Part shown: positions 38,533-50,944 of the stretch, one piece after another | Layout of the letters: every line of letters starts with the position of its first letter | How positions within the stretch are numbered: position 1 is the stretch's first letter | Assembly (NCBI GenBank): GCA_028223395.1 | Contig: JAOIUG010000007.1 | Location: forward strand, 45-64,044 | Reading direction: 5' to 3' | DNA length: 64,000 bases | Source: Shewanella sp. | GTDB lineage: Bacteria > Pseudomonadota > Gammaproteobacteria > Enterobacterales > Shewanellaceae | Position numbers and translations under genes: made by a program | The notes under the pieces: model-generated | The model's input: the letters and a program-made list of their open reading frames with translations, nothing else | Told to the model about the DNA's origin: nothing | Databases searched by the model: none

Positions 38533-40684
38533 GGGTCATTCCTTTTGACTGAGCAGAAAACAACATTAAACTGCGATCTTGCAGCACATAGCCTGAATTT
38601 ACTGGATGAACATCCGCAGGCTGCGCGGCTTGAGCATGCTCAAAGTCTGCTGATTGAGTGTGCAACACGCAGTGCCAAGCACTAAAACCTTCTAGCGCTG
38701 GGGGCGTAAAAAACAAGGGCTGTTCATCGGCATTCAACATTAATAACAATGCTTGTGAGTGATTTGTGGATGCATCTTTTGCGCCGCTTAGCACCAAGCT
38801 TAAACTGCGCGCATGCTCATCACGCCAAAGTGCTTTGCTCATGGGGTTGCCATCGCGGCAAAACCAGCTCAATCCTGCCCCTTCATGGGTGGCTGGCTGG
38901 TGAATAAACGAGCGGGGATAGAGGGCTGAAAATCGCTGACGAATGGTTATCAGTGTTTGCACAAAATGCAGCAAGCTTTGCTGCGCTTCGGTGTGACTCC
39001 AATCTCGCCAACTGATCGCATTATCTTGGCAGTAAGCATTATTGTTACCCTGTTGGCTGTGACCGATTTCATCACCAGCGAGCAACATTGGCACCCCTTG
39101 TGATAAGCACAATGTAGTGAGTATATTGCGCGTTTGCCGTTGGCGCAGCGCTGTCAGCTCTTTGTTATCACTGTGACCTTCTTCGCCATAATTGTGGCTG
39201 TAATTTTCAGTGTGTCCATCACGGTTTTGCTCGCCATTGAGTTCATTGTGTCTGCATGTGTAACTGACTAAGTCGTGCAAACTAAAGCCGTCATGGCTGG
39301 TCACAAAGTTAACGCTGGCATCTGCCCCTTTATCTGCGTGTTCAAACAAGTCACTTGAGCCATGTAGCCTACGCGCAAGCTCAGGTAACATGCCCAAATC
39401 GCCCCGCCAAAAGCGTCGTACGGTATCGCGGAATCGATCATTCCATTCGCCCCAGGCTTGTGGATATCCGCCGAGTTGATAGCCTCCAGGGCCAAGGTCC
39501 CACGGCTCTGCAATAAGTATGACTCGGCTTAATTGCGGATCTTGAGCTATGGCATCAAAAAAGCCCGCGCCGGGGTCAAAACCATGGGGTTCTCGTCCTA
39601 AACTGCTGGCAAGATCAAACCTAAATCCATCGACACCCATCACTTCAACCCAATAGCGCAATGCGTCCATAACAAGTTGCAACACTCTGGGGTGATTAAT
39701 ATTTAGTGTGTTACCACAGCCGGAATCATTAATATAAAAACGCTTATCGTCTGGGTTTAAACGGTAATAACTGAGGTTATCTATTCCTTTGTAACACAGC
39801 GTTGGCCCGAGGTGACCTCCTTCAGCGGTATGATTGAACACCACATCAAGTAGCACGCTTATCCCCGCTTGATGTAATGTATCCACCATTTGCCTAAACT
39901 GGCTAATCGCTTTCGGCGCCCAGGAGGCTTGGCAAGCATAACCTTCGTGAGGCACAAAAAAACTCAAGCTGTTATATCCCCAATAATTGGTCAGTGTTTT
40001 TTCTTGTAAAAAAGCTTCACTGATAAAAGCGTGCACTGGCAGTAATTCAACGCAAGTGATCCCAAGCGCCGTTAAGTACTGCACGATGTTGGGATCTGCT
40101 AACCCTAAATAGGTTCCCCGCTTTGCTGCTTCTAAAGCTTCACATTGCTGTGTAAACCCTTTGACATGGAGCTCATAAATAATGTGCCCCGTCAGATCAT
40201 CTGCACTATTGTGCCTTTGGGCTATGTGGCTAATCGGGGCGCTCTTAACCAACGCCGCGACATCGACCACCTGACATTTTGGCAGGTAAGCGGCATTATC
40301 TGCATGGTAAAAATCATCTGCGCTGAGCGCTGGTGCAGACTCACCGCTATAGTGGCTTGGATGCTCAATAAACTGTCCCACCCAAGATTTAGCGTACGGA
40401 TCTAGCAGTAACTTATTGGCATTGAAACGATGCCCATCTTGTGGTGCAAAAGGTCCATCGACTCGGTAACCGTAGATCAAGGCTTTATCTTCACTCTGTA
40501 AATGCGTATGCCACACATGGTGCGTTTTTTGCTGTAATGGGTAACGCGCCACTTCGCGCTCGCCACTGGCGTCAAATAAGCATAAAACCACTGATGTTGC
40601 ATGCGCTGAAAATAGCGCAAAGTTAACACCGCTTGCATCCACACTCGCCCCTAGGGGATAAGGTTTTCCCGCTGTTTGCCGCAT
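38507..40684 (-). CDS. glgX: Glycogen debranching enzyme (isoamylase, GH13)
   Basis: YPLGA, NYWGY, DVVFNHTAEG, GFRFDLA, AEPWD and HDGF. Confidence 0.95.
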   Translation of the reverse strand: MRQTAGKPYPLGASVDASGVNFALFSAHATSVVLCLFDASGEREVARYPLQQKTHHVWHTHLQSEDKALIYGYRVDGPFAPQDGHRFNANKLLLDPYAKSWVGQFIEHPSHYSGESAPALSADDFYHADNAAYLPKCQVVDVAALVKSAPISHIAQRHNSADDLTGHIIYELHVKGFTQQCEALEAAKRGTYLGLADPNIVQYLTALGITCVELLPVHAFISEAFLQEKTLTNYWGYNSLSFFVPHEGYACQASWAPKAISQFRQMVDTLHQAGISVLLDVVFNHTAEGGHLGPTLCYKGIDNLSYYRLNPDDKRFYINDSGCGNTLNINHPRVLQLVMDALRYWVEVMGVDGFRFDLASSLGREPHGFDPGAGFFDAIAQDPQLSRVILIAEPWDLGPGGYQLGGYPQAWGEWNDRFRDTVRRFWRGDLGMLPELARRLHGSSDLFEHADKGADASVNFVTSHDGFSLHDLVSYTCRHNELNGEQNRDGHTENYSHNYGEEGHSDNKELTALRQRQTRNILTTLCLSQGVPMLLAGDEIGHSQQGNNNAYCQDNAISWRDWSHTEAQQSLLHFVQTLITIRQRFSALYPRSFIHQPATHEGAGLSWFCRDGNPMSKALWRDEHARSLSLVLSGAKDASTNHSQALLLMLNADEQPLFFTPPALEGFSAWHCVLHTQSADFEHAQAAQPADVHPVNSGYVLQDRSLMLFSAQSKGMTHDHTSQAH

Positions 40685-40686
40685 TG

Positions 40687-42942
40687 TTATGCCTGACCTA
40701 TGACAAGGCAGGCCAGTGGTGGCACAGTGATTAACGCGCTATAAGGCTGGCCTTGATAAGCGCACTCTTGCGCCACTATCACGCCTTGATTACCAACGTC
40801 GCTGCCGCCATAAAACGCACTGTCGCTGTTGAGTTTTTCGATATATGGTCCACTTGTTGGCAAGCCTATCTTGATGCCATGGTGCACGCTGGGAGTCATA
40901 TTAATGACAAAAATTAAGGCCGAGTGCTGCTCTTGGTGGCTATCGGTGATATCGCTATAGCGAATAAAGCTAAATATACTCGACTTGGCATTATCGCAAT
41001 CTAGCCAACTAAAACCGGCTTGATGGCTGTCTGCTAACCACAGTGTTGGCGACGCCTTATATAGCGTGTTTAAATCTTTAACCCATGTTTGCATGCCTAA
41101 ATGAGGCGGATATTGCAGCAAATGCCAGTCTAAACTTTGGCTGTGGTTCCACTCGTCTCGCTGTGCAAACTCCCCGCCCATAAAGAGCAATTTTTTCCCT
41201 GGATGCCCCCACATAAAGCCATAGTAAGCCCGCAATGATGCAAACTTTTGCCAATCATCACCGGGGATTTTGTGTAGTAATGAGCCCTTAGCATGCACCA
41301 CTTCATCATGACTCAATGCCAAGATAAACTGCTCAGTGTATTGATAGACAAGACTGAAACTAAACTCATGGTGATGATAACGACGATGGATAGGATCGCG
41401 CCCCAAATAACTGAGCGTGTCGTTCATCCATCCCATATTCCACTTAAAGTCAAAACCTAAGTTTTGTGGCGTCGAAGCAAATGATTGTTGCGATGTGTGC
41501 TCAACAACTTGGGTCACACCAGGCCAAGCAGTTGACTCTTCGGCAATCATGCAGATCCCGGCAAACTCTTGCTGCATGCGTTGGTTCAGATTTTGTAAAA
41601 AATGGATCGCGGCGAGATTTTCTCTCCCGCCATGGGCATTGGGTAACCATTGACCGGCTTCTCGGCTGTAATCGAGATACAACATAGACGAGACGGCATC
41701 GAGCCTTAAACCATCAAAGTGGAACTCTTTCAGCCAATAATACGCATTACTTAGCAGGTAACTTTGCACTTCACCTCGCCCATAGTTATAGATCAGAGTG
41801 TCCCAGTCAGGATGCTCGCCTTGGCGAGGGTCTTCATGCTCATATAAAAAAGTACCGTCAAACTGCTTTAAGCCATGAGGATCTTTAGGAAAATGAGCAG
41901 GCACCCAATCAAGCAGCACTGCAATATCAACTTGATGGCACGCGTCAATAAAAGCTTTTAATCCATTAGCATCACCAAAACGATAACTGGGAGCATAAAG
42001 CCCTACCGGTTGGTATCCCCAAGAGCCATCAAAAGGATATTCACTGATCGGCATCAGTTGTAAATGCGTAAAGCCCATCTCAAGTACGTATGGGATCAGC
42101 TGCTCAATGAGCGCGTTATAATCTAGATAATCTGTACCGGCATCGCCCTGTCGACGCCATGAACCTAAATGGACCTCGTATATCGACATGGCAGCTTGAT
42201 GCCACACTTTACGGCTGCGTGCCTGACACCACTTTTGATCTTGCCAGTCATACACGTCATTAACCCCAACAATTGAGGCATTGCCCGGAGCACATTGCAT
42301 CGCTTTGGCATAAGGATCTGCGCGCTCAGAGCAGTCGCCATTAACATCGATGATCTCAAATTTATACCGCTCACCGGCAGTTAATTCGGGGATAAAAATC
42401 TCCCACAGTCCATATGCAATATGCTGGCGCATCACGTTAGCCGCGCCATCCCAGTGGTTAAAATCGCCGATCAATGACACCCGCTTTGCATTAGGCGCCC
42501 ACAAACAAAACTGCACACCATCAATGCCTTGGACTGTTCGCCAGTTAGCCCCGAGAAACTGATAAGCTTGCTGTTGCTCCCCTTGGGAAAAAAGCCATAT
42601 GTCAGCGGGATCTAGCACACTAGCAAACTGATAAGGGTCGATGATCTCTTTTGTCGCTAGCGGGTATTGGATCCGTAACTTATACAAAAAGGGGTTGACC
42701 CGGCGCGCCACTTTGCCACTAAAAAGCCCTTGCTCATCACACTTGTCTAAACTGGCAACCTTACGAGAGGTTTTCATGCAAATGACATCGACGCGTAAAG
42801 CGCCTCGTAAAAAACAACGCACGGTTAACGACCTATCCTTGTCATTACGATGCATACCTAAAAGTGCGAAGACATCAATGTACTCACCATTTAATAAGGC
42901 GATATCGATACCATGCTGAAAATCGGGGGCATTATTAGTCAT
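40687..42942 (-). CDS. glgB: 1,4-alpha-glucan branching enzyme
   Basis: [30 protein letters not shown] and LSHDEVVH; start ATG 42942 overlaps the malQ stop (ATGACTAA). Confidence 0.95.
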   Translation of the reverse strand: MTNNAPDFQHGIDIALLNGEYIDVFALLGMHRNDKDRSLTVRCFLRGALRVDVICMKTSRKVASLDKCDEQGLFSGKVARRVNPFLYKLRIQYPLATKEIIDPYQFASVLDPADIWLFSQGEQQQAYQFLGANWRTVQGIDGVQFCLWAPNAKRVSLIGDFNHWDGAANVMRQHIAYGLWEIFIPELTAGERYKFEIIDVNGDCSERADPYAKAMQCAPGNASIVGVNDVYDWQDQKWCQARSRKVWHQAAMSIYEVHLGSWRRQGDAGTDYLDYNALIEQLIPYVLEMGFTHLQLMPISEYPFDGSWGYQPVGLYAPSYRFGDANGLKAFIDACHQVDIAVLLDWVPAHFPKDPHGLKQFDGTFLYEHEDPRQGEHPDWDTLIYNYGRGEVQSYLLSNAYYWLKEFHFDGLRLDAVSSMLYLDYSREAGQWLPNAHGGRENLAAIHFLQNLNQRMQQEFAGICMIAEESTAWPGVTQVVEHTSQQSFASTPQNLGFDFKWNMGWMNDTLSYLGRDPIHRRYHHHEFSFSLVYQYTEQFILALSHDEVVHAKGSLLHKIPGDDWQKFASLRAYYGFMWGHPGKKLLFMGGEFAQRDEWNHSQSLDWHLLQYPPHLGMQTWVKDLNTLYKASPTLWLADSHQAGFSWLDCDNAKSSIFSFIRYSDITDSHQEQHSALIFVINMTPSVHHGIKIGLPTSGPYIEKLNSDSAFYGGSDVGNQGVIVAQECAYQGQPYSALITVPPLACLVIGQA

Positions 42943-45262
42943 AGCGCGTGGATCCATTAAGTTGAAGTGACAAGCTTGCTGAGCTTGCTGGAGTCGGAAT
43001 GTTTGCTGAAGTGTTGATGTTCTCTGCCAATTTTGCCGCCAAAGCGCTTGCCCCATCGGCCTCAGTCAATTGACGAGATTGCTGTAACAGCTGTAATAAC
43101 CCTCGCCGCTGAGCAGAGGTGGTCAACTCCGTTAATGTGGCCGATAAACGCCGCTGCCAGTTGGGATACTCAAGCCAAGTACCAGGAATATTGACTGGCT
43201 CAACGTCCATCATTAAGTCGCACAGTTGCACACTAAAAAGGGCCGACTGCCCTGCTGCGGTGACGGCAAGCAAAACATGAAACAGTGCGCTGTAATCGAC
43301 CTCATTAACCGTTGCTTGCTGCAAAGCGCCTTCTTGCTGCAACAGGGTCAGTAACTGCTGTTTGTCTTGTGCACGCTCGCCATGCAACAACAGCCAGTGC
43401 TCGTCGTCTATCAGCCCTATTTTACGTCGCAGCTGTAAGTCATCTGCGTGCCACCAAGCCCGTAATGTCGGTACATCGTGATTGGCCAACATCATCAAAC
43501 TTTGTGCTTTATAATCCGCGGGAGGAGTAAAATGAGCCTGCTGTTTACTAAAATAAAAAAGTTCATTAGAGAGCACGCCAGCCGCTGCAAGCTTGCCGAC
43601 GATCTCGGGAGGGATCAGCCCCAGATCTTCACCTATCACCCAGCACTGCGCTCGCTGACTTTCAGTGCAGACGATGGCCAACAACGCATCTAGTGGGTAG
43701 TACACATAACAGCCACCTTCTTGTGCATGGTGACTCGGCCACCACCACAAGCGTAATAATGACATCACATGGTCAATGCGTAATGCTCCACATGACTGCA
43801 TGTTACTTCGCAACAGTGCAATAAAGTGTTGATAGCCAGTGCGCTTTAATGCAATGGGATCAAAAGGGAGCAGCCCCCAATTTTGCCCTTGAGGCGCAAA
43901 TTGATCCGGCGGAGCGCCTATCGAGGCTGATGCACAAAAAGGGTTATTATCACTTTTTATTTCAACACTATTGGCCGCAGCGCCTACCGCCAGATCTCGC
44001 ACCAGACCGATAAACATTCCCCACTGCTTAGCATTAACTTGGCACTGCGCTAACTGTTGCTCTGCCACAAACTGTAAGTAAGCAAAAAATGATTCATCTA
44101 CACCTGAAAACGCCTCAATATCAGCGGTATCAATTACTTGTTGCGTACAAAAGGCATGTAAGTCTTCACCACGTTCATTAACAAACTGCGTAAAAAGCGC
44201 ACCTCTGGCTGAATGATTATCGAGATGATTTTTTATAAACTCATGATATAACAACATAAAAAAGTGATATTTATGTTGACTCACCGCGGTATAATCGATC
44301 CATTGATTACTGTTAAGCTTCTTTTTTATCGCGTTGACATCATCAATAAGTGCGGAAAACGCTGCTGTGTCGAGGCGTTGGCATAAATCCGCCCACTCCG
44401 GCACCGCCTCCAAATGAATATACAGTGGGTTGAGCCGACGCCGATCTGATGGACTGTAAGGGCTACATGCTGCTGGCTGAGCAAGATCTAATGCATGCAA
44501 AGGGTTTAACTGCACAAAACTGCCGCCTTCTTTTGCAACCCATTTTATCAGCGCAGTAAGATCGTTAAAGTCACCAATGCCCCATTGCGTTTCACTGCGC
44601 AAACTGAACAATTGTACACTCACGCCCCAGTGTTTTTGGCTTTCAGGCTGGCGCGCCGCACCAGCGGGATAACAGCTACTCGAAGCGACAAGCCACGTTC
44701 CGTTAGCCTTGCGTGATTGAACTGCCTGCGTGTCACTCACCATTTCAACGTGCAGCTCATGATAACCCAAGCCCAGATAGGGCAACACATTACAGCTTGT
44801 ACTAACAACCAATTCTGATTCAAATAGCGTTTGGTTAAAGCCGATTTGATAGTGATAATAGACACGCTCACCGATTCGATAATCGCCCACAATTTGAACC
44901 AAGTCAGGGTGATTGAGCAGTGAAGTGGGATCGAGTGAAAACTGCATAACCTCACCATTTTCAAACTGCACTTTAATGTTAAGTATTGCAGTGCAGCAAC
45001 GGCGAAGAAACAAGCTCAGCGTAGGTTTGTCTGTGCTTGTGTGTTGAAAAGGAGGCAATAACTGCGTCCAAGGCTCTGCATCTAATTGATAGATCCGCTG
45101 TGCGATCTGTTCAGCACTCAGATCCGTTTTGCTCCATTGGGCTGGCAACATGCAACGTAACATGGCGACGCGATCTTGCTCAGCGATCTCAACCCTCTCG
45201 CCAAGACTGTTGACAAAATCGGCTCCGACGCCTTGCAAGTACAATAATTTGTCTAGCCCCAT
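42935..45262 (-). CDS. malQ: 4-alpha-glucanotransferase (amylomaltase, GH77)
   Basis: WGIGDF, SPYSPS, RDLAVG, GAPPD..GQNWG, LRIDHV, GEDLG, HD and NIPGT..YPNW; ATG 45262 after AAGGA. Confidence 0.93.
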   Translation of the reverse strand: MGLDKLLYLQGVGADFVNSLGERVEIAEQDRVAMLRCMLPAQWSKTDLSAEQIAQRIYQLDAEPWTQLLPPFQHTSTDKPTLSLFLRRCCTAILNIKVQFENGEVMQFSLDPTSLLNHPDLVQIVGDYRIGERVYYHYQIGFNQTLFESELVVSTSCNVLPYLGLGYHELHVEMVSDTQAVQSRKANGTWLVASSSCYPAGAARQPESQKHWGVSVQLFSLRSETQWGIGDFNDLTALIKWVAKEGGSFVQLNPLHALDLAQPAACSPYSPSDRRRLNPLYIHLEAVPEWADLCQRLDTAAFSALIDDVNAIKKKLNSNQWIDYTAVSQHKYHFFMLLYHEFIKNHLDNHSARGALFTQFVNERGEDLHAFCTQQVIDTADIEAFSGVDESFFAYLQFVAEQQLAQCQVNAKQWGMFIGLVRDLAVGAAANSVEIKSDNNPFCASASIGAPPDQFAPQGQNWGLLPFDPIALKRTGYQHFIALLRSNMQSCGALRIDHVMSLLRLWWWPSHHAQEGGCYVYYPLDALLAIVCTESQRAQCWVIGEDLGLIPPEIVGKLAAAGVLSNELFYFSKQQAHFTPPADYKAQSLMMLANHDVPTLRAWWHADDLQLRRKIGLIDDEHWLLLHGERAQDKQQLLTLLQQEGALQQATVNEVDYSALFHVLLAVTAAGQSALFSVQLCDLMMDVEPVNIPGTWLEYPNWQRRLSATLTELTTSAQRRGLLQLLQQSRQLTEADGASALAAKLAENINTSANIPTPASSASLSLQLNGSTRYD

Positions 45263-45562
45263 GCACCATTCCTTGTGTATAGCGAAGCACAATTTAAATT
45301 GAACAATCACCTTGCCAGCTACAAGTAACAGATTAAGTACAGTTTGATGACATGCAAGTGACAATAAAACCCATAGCAAAAACTAACCGCACTATTAGCG
45401 TCATAAAGTTACACCCATGCTACACAGATCGCTTTTCTAGCGAATTAATGCGGTATTTTTGATGACTTTAAGAGCCAGATCACACCATCGACACACCAGT
45501 ATTGGTACTTTAATTACCAGATAATGAATATAAATTTTAACATTAAGTGTATAGGTGAGTTT

Positions 45563-46711
45563 ATGGCGACTAAATTTTTTATTCCTTCTGTCAATATCTT
45601 AGGTCAAGATGCTGTGACAGAAGCCATTGCAGATATTAAAACGCTGGGCTTTAAAAAAGCCTTAATTGTGACAGATAAACCGTTAGTGGAAATGGGCTTA
45701 GTTGAGCAAGTTGTCAGTAAACTTGCCAGCAGCGACATTGCTGCAATTGTGTTTGATGGTGTACAGCCCAATCCAACCACAGCCAATGTGGCTTCAGGTC
45801 TGGCATTGTTAGAAAGTAATCACTGTGACTTTGTGATCTCTCTTGGCGGTGGCTCTCCCCATGATTGCGCTAAAGGCATTGCTTTAGTTGCCACGAATGG
45901 CGGCCACATCAAAGACTATGAAGGTCTTGATGTGTCAACCAAGCCGCAACTGCCACTTGTGGCTATCAACACCACTGCGGGTACCGCCAGTGAAATGACA
46001 CGTTTTTGTATTATTACCGATGAACAGCGCCACATAAAAATGGCCATTGTGGACAAACACACCACGCCGCTGCTATCAGTCAATGATCCAGAATTAATGC
46101 GACTAAAACCTGCCGGTTTAACAGCGGCAACGGGAATGGATGCGCTCACTCATGCAATTGAAGCTTATGTGTCAACCGCCGCAAACCCCATCACTGACGC
46201 CTGCGCTATCAAAGCCATTGAGCTGATTAAAGGTCACTTAGTCGAAGCGGTAGATAATGGTCAAAACATCCAAGCGCGTGATCAAATGGCTTATGCGCAG
46301 TTCTTGGCTGGAATGGCCTTTAACAATGCCAGTTTAGGTTATGTCCATGCAATGGCGCATCAGCTAGGCGGCTTCTACGATTTACCGCACGGGGTATGTA
46401 ACGCATTGTTACTCCCTCATGTACAAGCTTATAATGCGCAAGTGGTACCTGCACGCTTAAAAGATGTGGCTCAGGCAATGGGTGTTGATGTGAGCGCCAT
46501 GAGCGACACTGACGGTGCAAACGCAGCCCTTGAAGCCATTAAAGCATTATCAAGCGCAGTAAAAATTCCTGAAAATCTAACTCAGTTAGGTGTTAAAGCA
46601 GAAGATATTCCAACCCTTGCAGATAATGCACTTAAAGATGCTTGTGGATTAACAAACCCTAAGCAGGCAACACATGAAGAAATTTGCCAAATTTTTAGCA
46701 ACGCGCTATAA
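45563..46711 (+). CDS. Iron-containing alcohol dehydrogenase (YiaY/AdhB type)
   Basis: [23 protein letters not shown] and [12 protein letters not shown]; start moved to ATG 45563 (SD AGGTGA). Confidence 0.93.
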   Translation: MATKFFIPSVNILGQDAVTEAIADIKTLGFKKALIVTDKPLVEMGLVEQVVSKLASSDIAAIVFDGVQPNPTTANVASGLALLESNHCDFVISLGGGSPHDCAKGIALVATNGGHIKDYEGLDVSTKPQLPLVAINTTAGTASEMTRFCIITDEQRHIKMAIVDKHTTPLLSVNDPELMRLKPAGLTAATGMDALTHAIEAYVSTAANPITDACAIKAIELIKGHLVEAVDNGQNIQARDQMAYAQFLAGMAFNNASLGYVHAMAHQLGGFYDLPHGVCNALLLPHVQAYNAQVVPARLKDVAQAMGVDVSAMSDTDGANAALEAIKALSSAVKIPENLTQLGVKAEDIPTLADNALKDACGLTNPKQATHEEICQIFSNAL

Positions 46712-46730
46712 ATAAGCGCAATTAAAAGAC

Positions 46731-46761
46731 GCAAGCAAGCCCACGATACTGGGCTTGCTTG
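46731..46761 (+). terminator. Hairpin/terminator after the Fe-ADH gene
   Basis: CAAGCAAGCCC-loop-GGGCTTGCTTG. Confidence 0.6.
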
Positions 46762-47033
46762 TGATAAATAGCCTTAAATGACCACGCAATAAAAGCCGCC
46801 TTAAAGTAACGATCAACACATCTGACTCATAATTTAAAACTTTTAAGCTTTTAGGCTTTTAAAAAAGTCAGTTAATAGCGGTAAAAATATGAACAGTAAA
46901 AAGCAGGCAACAATCTGTATTCTTGCCCAATGGTCAAAATATCAACCGCGGTTTAAATGAGCTCAATGAGGGTGCAATACCATAATAGTGACTTGAACGC
47001 TCATTGAGCTACTAATCATACCTGAGCGCTCAA

Positions 47034-48224
47034 CTAGTATTTAGCTTCTACAGTTAACCAAAGTTTGTCAGCATCATTTGAGAAACTATAGCCTTTATCA
47101 GCGCCGCTAAAGCTTGCGTACTTAACACCTACGCTATAATGCTCTGCAAATGGGTAAGTCACTGCCACGCCCCACTCTTTACCCATATCAATGTCGCCAA
47201 AGTCAGAGTCAAACTTGTGGTATTTAGCTAATAGTTTTAAGCCCGCCACTTTCGCCGTTAACATCACATTGGCATCAACTAAACCGTTATCCCAGTTGCC
47301 TTTGCCACCAAATAAAAACTTATCTGTCCAACCGTTAAACGCATGCAAAGTCGCCAGTGGCGTAATGAAGCCCGCTTTACCGTTATCTGAGCCCAGTACT
47401 TCATAACCAGCTTTAAAGCCAATACCATCAACGTGAACACCAGCACCGAGTTTATAATAACTAGCACTGTAGTTAACTGGGTTATTAGCTGCTTCAGATT
47501 GCTGTGCAAACTCAGCTTCGTAACTTAATTTAACGCTATCGAGTTTCACATCACCGGTAGCACGAAGGCCGTAAGTGTCGGTCGAAAAAGCAGCAAGATC
47601 TTGATTATCAATTAAGTAACCATAACCGGTAATGCTCGCAAAACTTAAACCTGAATAGTGAATATTAATTAAGTTAGTTTTATTCTCATGCTCCTCTTTA
47701 CCAGAGCCTTCAGGGAAAATACGATTCACCGTCGCGACATAAGCATAATAAGCCGTTAAATCCTCTAAAATAGTATTTTTTATTGAGAATGCATCATAAG
47801 TTTGCTCATTCTGGCGAAAGCCAACTCCCCCGACAAAACGTTGGTTATCGAGTAAAATACGCTGACGTCCTAATTTAACAAGCGTGTTAGCAGGCCCTTT
47901 ATAACCAATGTATCCTTGGTTAATTTGCGTGTACTCATAGTCAGCAATCAATGATTCATTATCGCTTGAGCGTACATCGTCTATTTCAGTCACTGCAAAT
48001 AAGTTGTACAGCTCTCCGGTCTTATAAGTTAGGCGAGTACGTAAAGTGGTTTGATTTTCGTGACCAATGTCAGCAACATCGACATCTTCATAACGTAAGC
48101 GGAACTGAACCGCAACTTTTGAATCGTCAATAAACGCTTTTTTCAATGGATCGATACTTTCAGCAGTGACTGCTGTAGACGCTAAACTGGCAAGAACGGC
48201 TAAGGTTAATGTATGTACTTTCAT
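47034..48224 (-). CDS. Outer-membrane beta-barrel of the alginate-export (AlgE-like) family
   Basis: Signal peptide, FRLRYEDV, GRQRILLDNQRFVGGVGFRQNEQTYD, TPLATLHAFNGWTDKF, terminal aromatic residue. Confidence 0.8.
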   Translation of the reverse strand: MKVHTLTLAVLASLASTAVTAESIDPLKKAFIDDSKVAVQFRLRYEDVDVADIGHENQTTLRTRLTYKTGELYNLFAVTEIDDVRSSDNESLIADYEYTQINQGYIGYKGPANTLVKLGRQRILLDNQRFVGGVGFRQNEQTYDAFSIKNTILEDLTAYYAYVATVNRIFPEGSGKEEHENKTNLINIHYSGLSFASITGYGYLIDNQDLAAFSTDTYGLRATGDVKLDSVKLSYEAEFAQQSEAANNPVNYSASYYKLGAGVHVDGIGFKAGYEVLGSDNGKAGFITPLATLHAFNGWTDKFLFGGKGNWDNGLVDANVMLTAKVAGLKLLAKYHKFDSDFGDIDMGKEWGVAVTYPFAEHYSVGVKYASFSGADKGYSFSNDADKLWLTVEAKY

Positions 48225-48288
48225 TTATTTTAATCCCTTTGTGTCATCATTATATCAAGGGTTATAAAGCCGAATACCATTTTAAAAG

Positions 48289-48302
48289 TTGATCTAAAAC
48301 AA
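48289..48302. promoter_or_regulatory. FNR(EtrA)-like box upstream of the barrel gene
   Basis: TTGAT-CTAA-AACAA, one mismatch to TTGAT-N4-ATCAA. Confidence 0.5.
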
Positions 48303-48830
48303 AGTTGCTAACTGATTAGCACTTTATGTTAATAAACGTGAACAAGATCATTAATAAAACCCACAAAAATACCTAATTATGGGTATTATAATTTATTTTA
48401 TTGAACCGTTTAATTATTATTCAGCCCAATAGAGATAACACATGTGGTGCGAATTTATTAAGCAATAAGCCATAAAGTGGAGTAGAATATAATCCATATT
48501 ACTTTGGTGGTGAAGACGGTGATGAAGCGATTAATTTTTAAAAAAGCACATTAAAATTCGAGCTTTTTAAAGACGTTTATCAAGCTGAACTGTTTTAGTT
48601 AGCCACAACAACAATGGGTAAGGTGTTACCGCGCTTTCCTTAACGCGCGTAGTAATCAGTCAACTCTCGTCATAAGCCAACTCAAGAATTTATCGAAACC
48701 AGTCATTATTTAAAGCCAGCTTTCATTAGGGGATGTTTTGCGTCTTTTATGCATGAAAAGAAAACACCTCTGTTGACTTAAATACCTCTCAAACCAACCA
48801 TATCTGCTTTGGTTTAATTCCAATAGGCAC

Positions 48831-48859
48831 AAAAAAGCGGACTTTAAATGTCCGCTTTT
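48831..48859 (-). terminator. Terminator of the deo operon
   Basis: AAAAAAGCGGAC-TTTAAAT-GTCCGCTTTT. Confidence 0.8.
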
Positions 48860-48904
48860 AATCACTCATCAATTTGCTTTACGCCATGAGGATATGAGTT
48901 GCAC

Positions 48905-49615
48905 TTAAAGCGTGATAGCTGCTTCTAGTGTCATTTCAATCATTTCATTGAATGTAGTTTGACGCTCATCAGAGGTTGTCTTTTCGCCAGTACGGATATG
49001 ATCTGATACCGTCACAACACACAATGCTTTAGCACCAAACTCTTTAGCTACGCCGTACAGACCAGCGGCTTCCATTTCGACACCAAGTACGTCCATTTTT
49101 TCCAACACGTCAAACATTTCTGGATCTGGCGTGTAGAATAGATCGGCTGAGAATACGTTACCTACGCGGTACTTTGTACCTTTTGCGTCAGCGGCTTTAA
49201 CCACTGCACTGAGTAAGCCGTAGTCAGCAATAGCGGCAAAATCTTGGCCACGGAAACGTAAGCGGTTAGTTTGTGAGTCTGTACAAGCACCCATACCGAT
49301 AATCACGTCACGGACTTTTACGTCTGTGCTGATCGCGCCACAAGTTCCAACACGGATCAAGTTCTTAACACCGTAATCCTTAATGAGCTCTGTTGCGTAA
49401 ATTGAGCAAGAAGGAATACCCATGCCTGAGCCCATAACAGAGATGCGAACACCTTTGTATGTGCCAGTAAAACCTAGCATGTTACGCACGTCAGTCACTT
49501 GCTCTACATTCTCTAGAAACGTTTCAGCAATGTATTTTGCACGTAGTGGATCGCCTGGAAATAGTACTGTATCGCCAAATGCGCCGTCTACTGCATTAAT
49601 ATGTGGTGTAGCCAT
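48905..49615 (-). CDS. deoD: Purine-nucleoside phosphorylase
   Basis: [25 protein letters not shown] and VEMEAAG. Confidence 0.97.
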   Translation of the reverse strand: MATPHINAVDGAFGDTVLFPGDPLRAKYIAETFLENVEQVTDVRNMLGFTGTYKGVRISVMGSGMGIPSCSIYATELIKDYGVKNLIRVGTCGAISTDVKVRDVIIGMGACTDSQTNRLRFRGQDFAAIADYGLLSAVVKAADAKGTKYRVGNVFSADLFYTPDPEMFDVLEKMDVLGVEMEAAGLYGVAKEFGAKALCVVTVSDHIRTGEKTTSDERQTTFNEMIEMTLEAAITL

Positions 49616-49710
49616 TGAAAAACCCCTATTTATATTTGAGACTGTTATTAATACTTAGTCTTTGTATGTGGGTGGCTCCGATGAGCCACCTAATTAAATG
49701 CTATGGTGGA

Positions 49711-50931
49711 TTATGGACGAATGAATGATTCGCCATATTCCATTGGTTCAAGCTTAAAATAACTTGCGATAGACTGACCCATATCAGCAAAGCTATTACG
49801 CAAGCCTAGTGAACCGGCCTCAAGTCCTGCTCCGTATGCCAGTACAGGGACTCTTTCACGCGTATGATCACTGCCCGGCCATGTTGGATCACAACCATGG
49901 TCGGCGGTTAACAAGAGAAAATCATCTTCACTTAATAAGGCTAATATTTCAGGCAAACGTGAGTCGAAATATTCTAAAGCACGTGCGTAACCTGCAATAT
50001 CACGGCGATGGCCGTAATGTGAGTCAAAATCAACAAAGTTAGTGAATACGATTGTATTGTCACCGGCTTGTTTGACTTGCTCTAATGTGGCATCAAATAA
50101 AGCCTCAAGGCCCGTAGCTTTTACTTTTTGAGTGATCCCACAGTGTGCGTAAATGTCGGCAATTTTCCCCACACTCACCACTTCACCGCCCGCGGCTTTA
50201 AGTTTATCAAGTACTGTTGGCGCTGGTGGCTCAACCGCGTAGTCGCGACGATTACCGGTACGCTCAAAATTACTTGCATCTGTGCCTATAAATGGACGAG
50301 CGATAACGCGGCCAATATTGTAATCGGCCAGCTCTTCACGGGCGATAATGCAAAGCTCGTATAGTTTTTCGAGACCAAAACTCTCTTCATGGCAAGCAAT
50401 CTGGAACACTGAATCAGCAGAGGTATAAAAAATAGGCTTACCTGTGCGCATGTGCTCTTCACCACGCTCTTCTAAAATAACGGTACCGGATGAGTGACAG
50501 TTACCAAGAAACTCCGTTAAACCAGCACGCGCAAGTATTTTGTCTGTTAATTCCTGCGGAAAAGAGTTAGTCAGTTCGCTAAAGTAGCCCCATTCATATA
50601 AAACAGGAACGCCCGCCATTTCCCAATGGCCGCTCGGCGTGTCTTTACCTGAGCTGAGTTCATCAGCATGGCCGTACGCGCCGATGATCTCAACATCATC
50701 ACCGAATCCAGCCGGAAATTCGCCGGTGCTTTCTTTAGATGCGTGCCCTAAACCTAGGCGTGCAAGGTTAGGTAATTTTAAAGGCCCTTCACGACCGTCA
50801 TTTGCTTTACCTTCGGCACATGCTTGTGCGATGTGGCCAAAGGTGTCAGATCCTATATCGCCGAAGGCTGCTGCATCATGCGCGGCGCCCACACCAAAAG
50901 AATCTAACATCATAATAATTGTACGTTTCAT
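49711..50931 (-). CDS. deoB: Phosphopentomutase
   Basis: [30 protein letters not shown] and TADHGCDP; start moved to ATG 50931. Confidence 0.97.
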   Translation of the reverse strand: MKRTIIMMLDSFGVGAAHDAAAFGDIGSDTFGHIAQACAEGKANDGREGPLKLPNLARLGLGHASKESTGEFPAGFGDDVEIIGAYGHADELSSGKDTPSGHWEMAGVPVLYEWGYFSELTNSFPQELTDKILARAGLTEFLGNCHSSGTVILEERGEEHMRTGKPIFYTSADSVFQIACHEESFGLEKLYELCIIAREELADYNIGRVIARPFIGTDASNFERTGNRRDYAVEPPAPTVLDKLKAAGGEVVSVGKIADIYAHCGITQKVKATGLEALFDATLEQVKQAGDNTIVFTNFVDFDSHYGHRRDIAGYARALEYFDSRLPEILALLSEDDFLLLTADHGCDPTWPGSDHTRERVPVLAYGAGLEAGSLGLRNSFADMGQSIASYFKLEPMEYGESFIRP

Positions 50932-50944
50932 AAACTGTGCTCCA

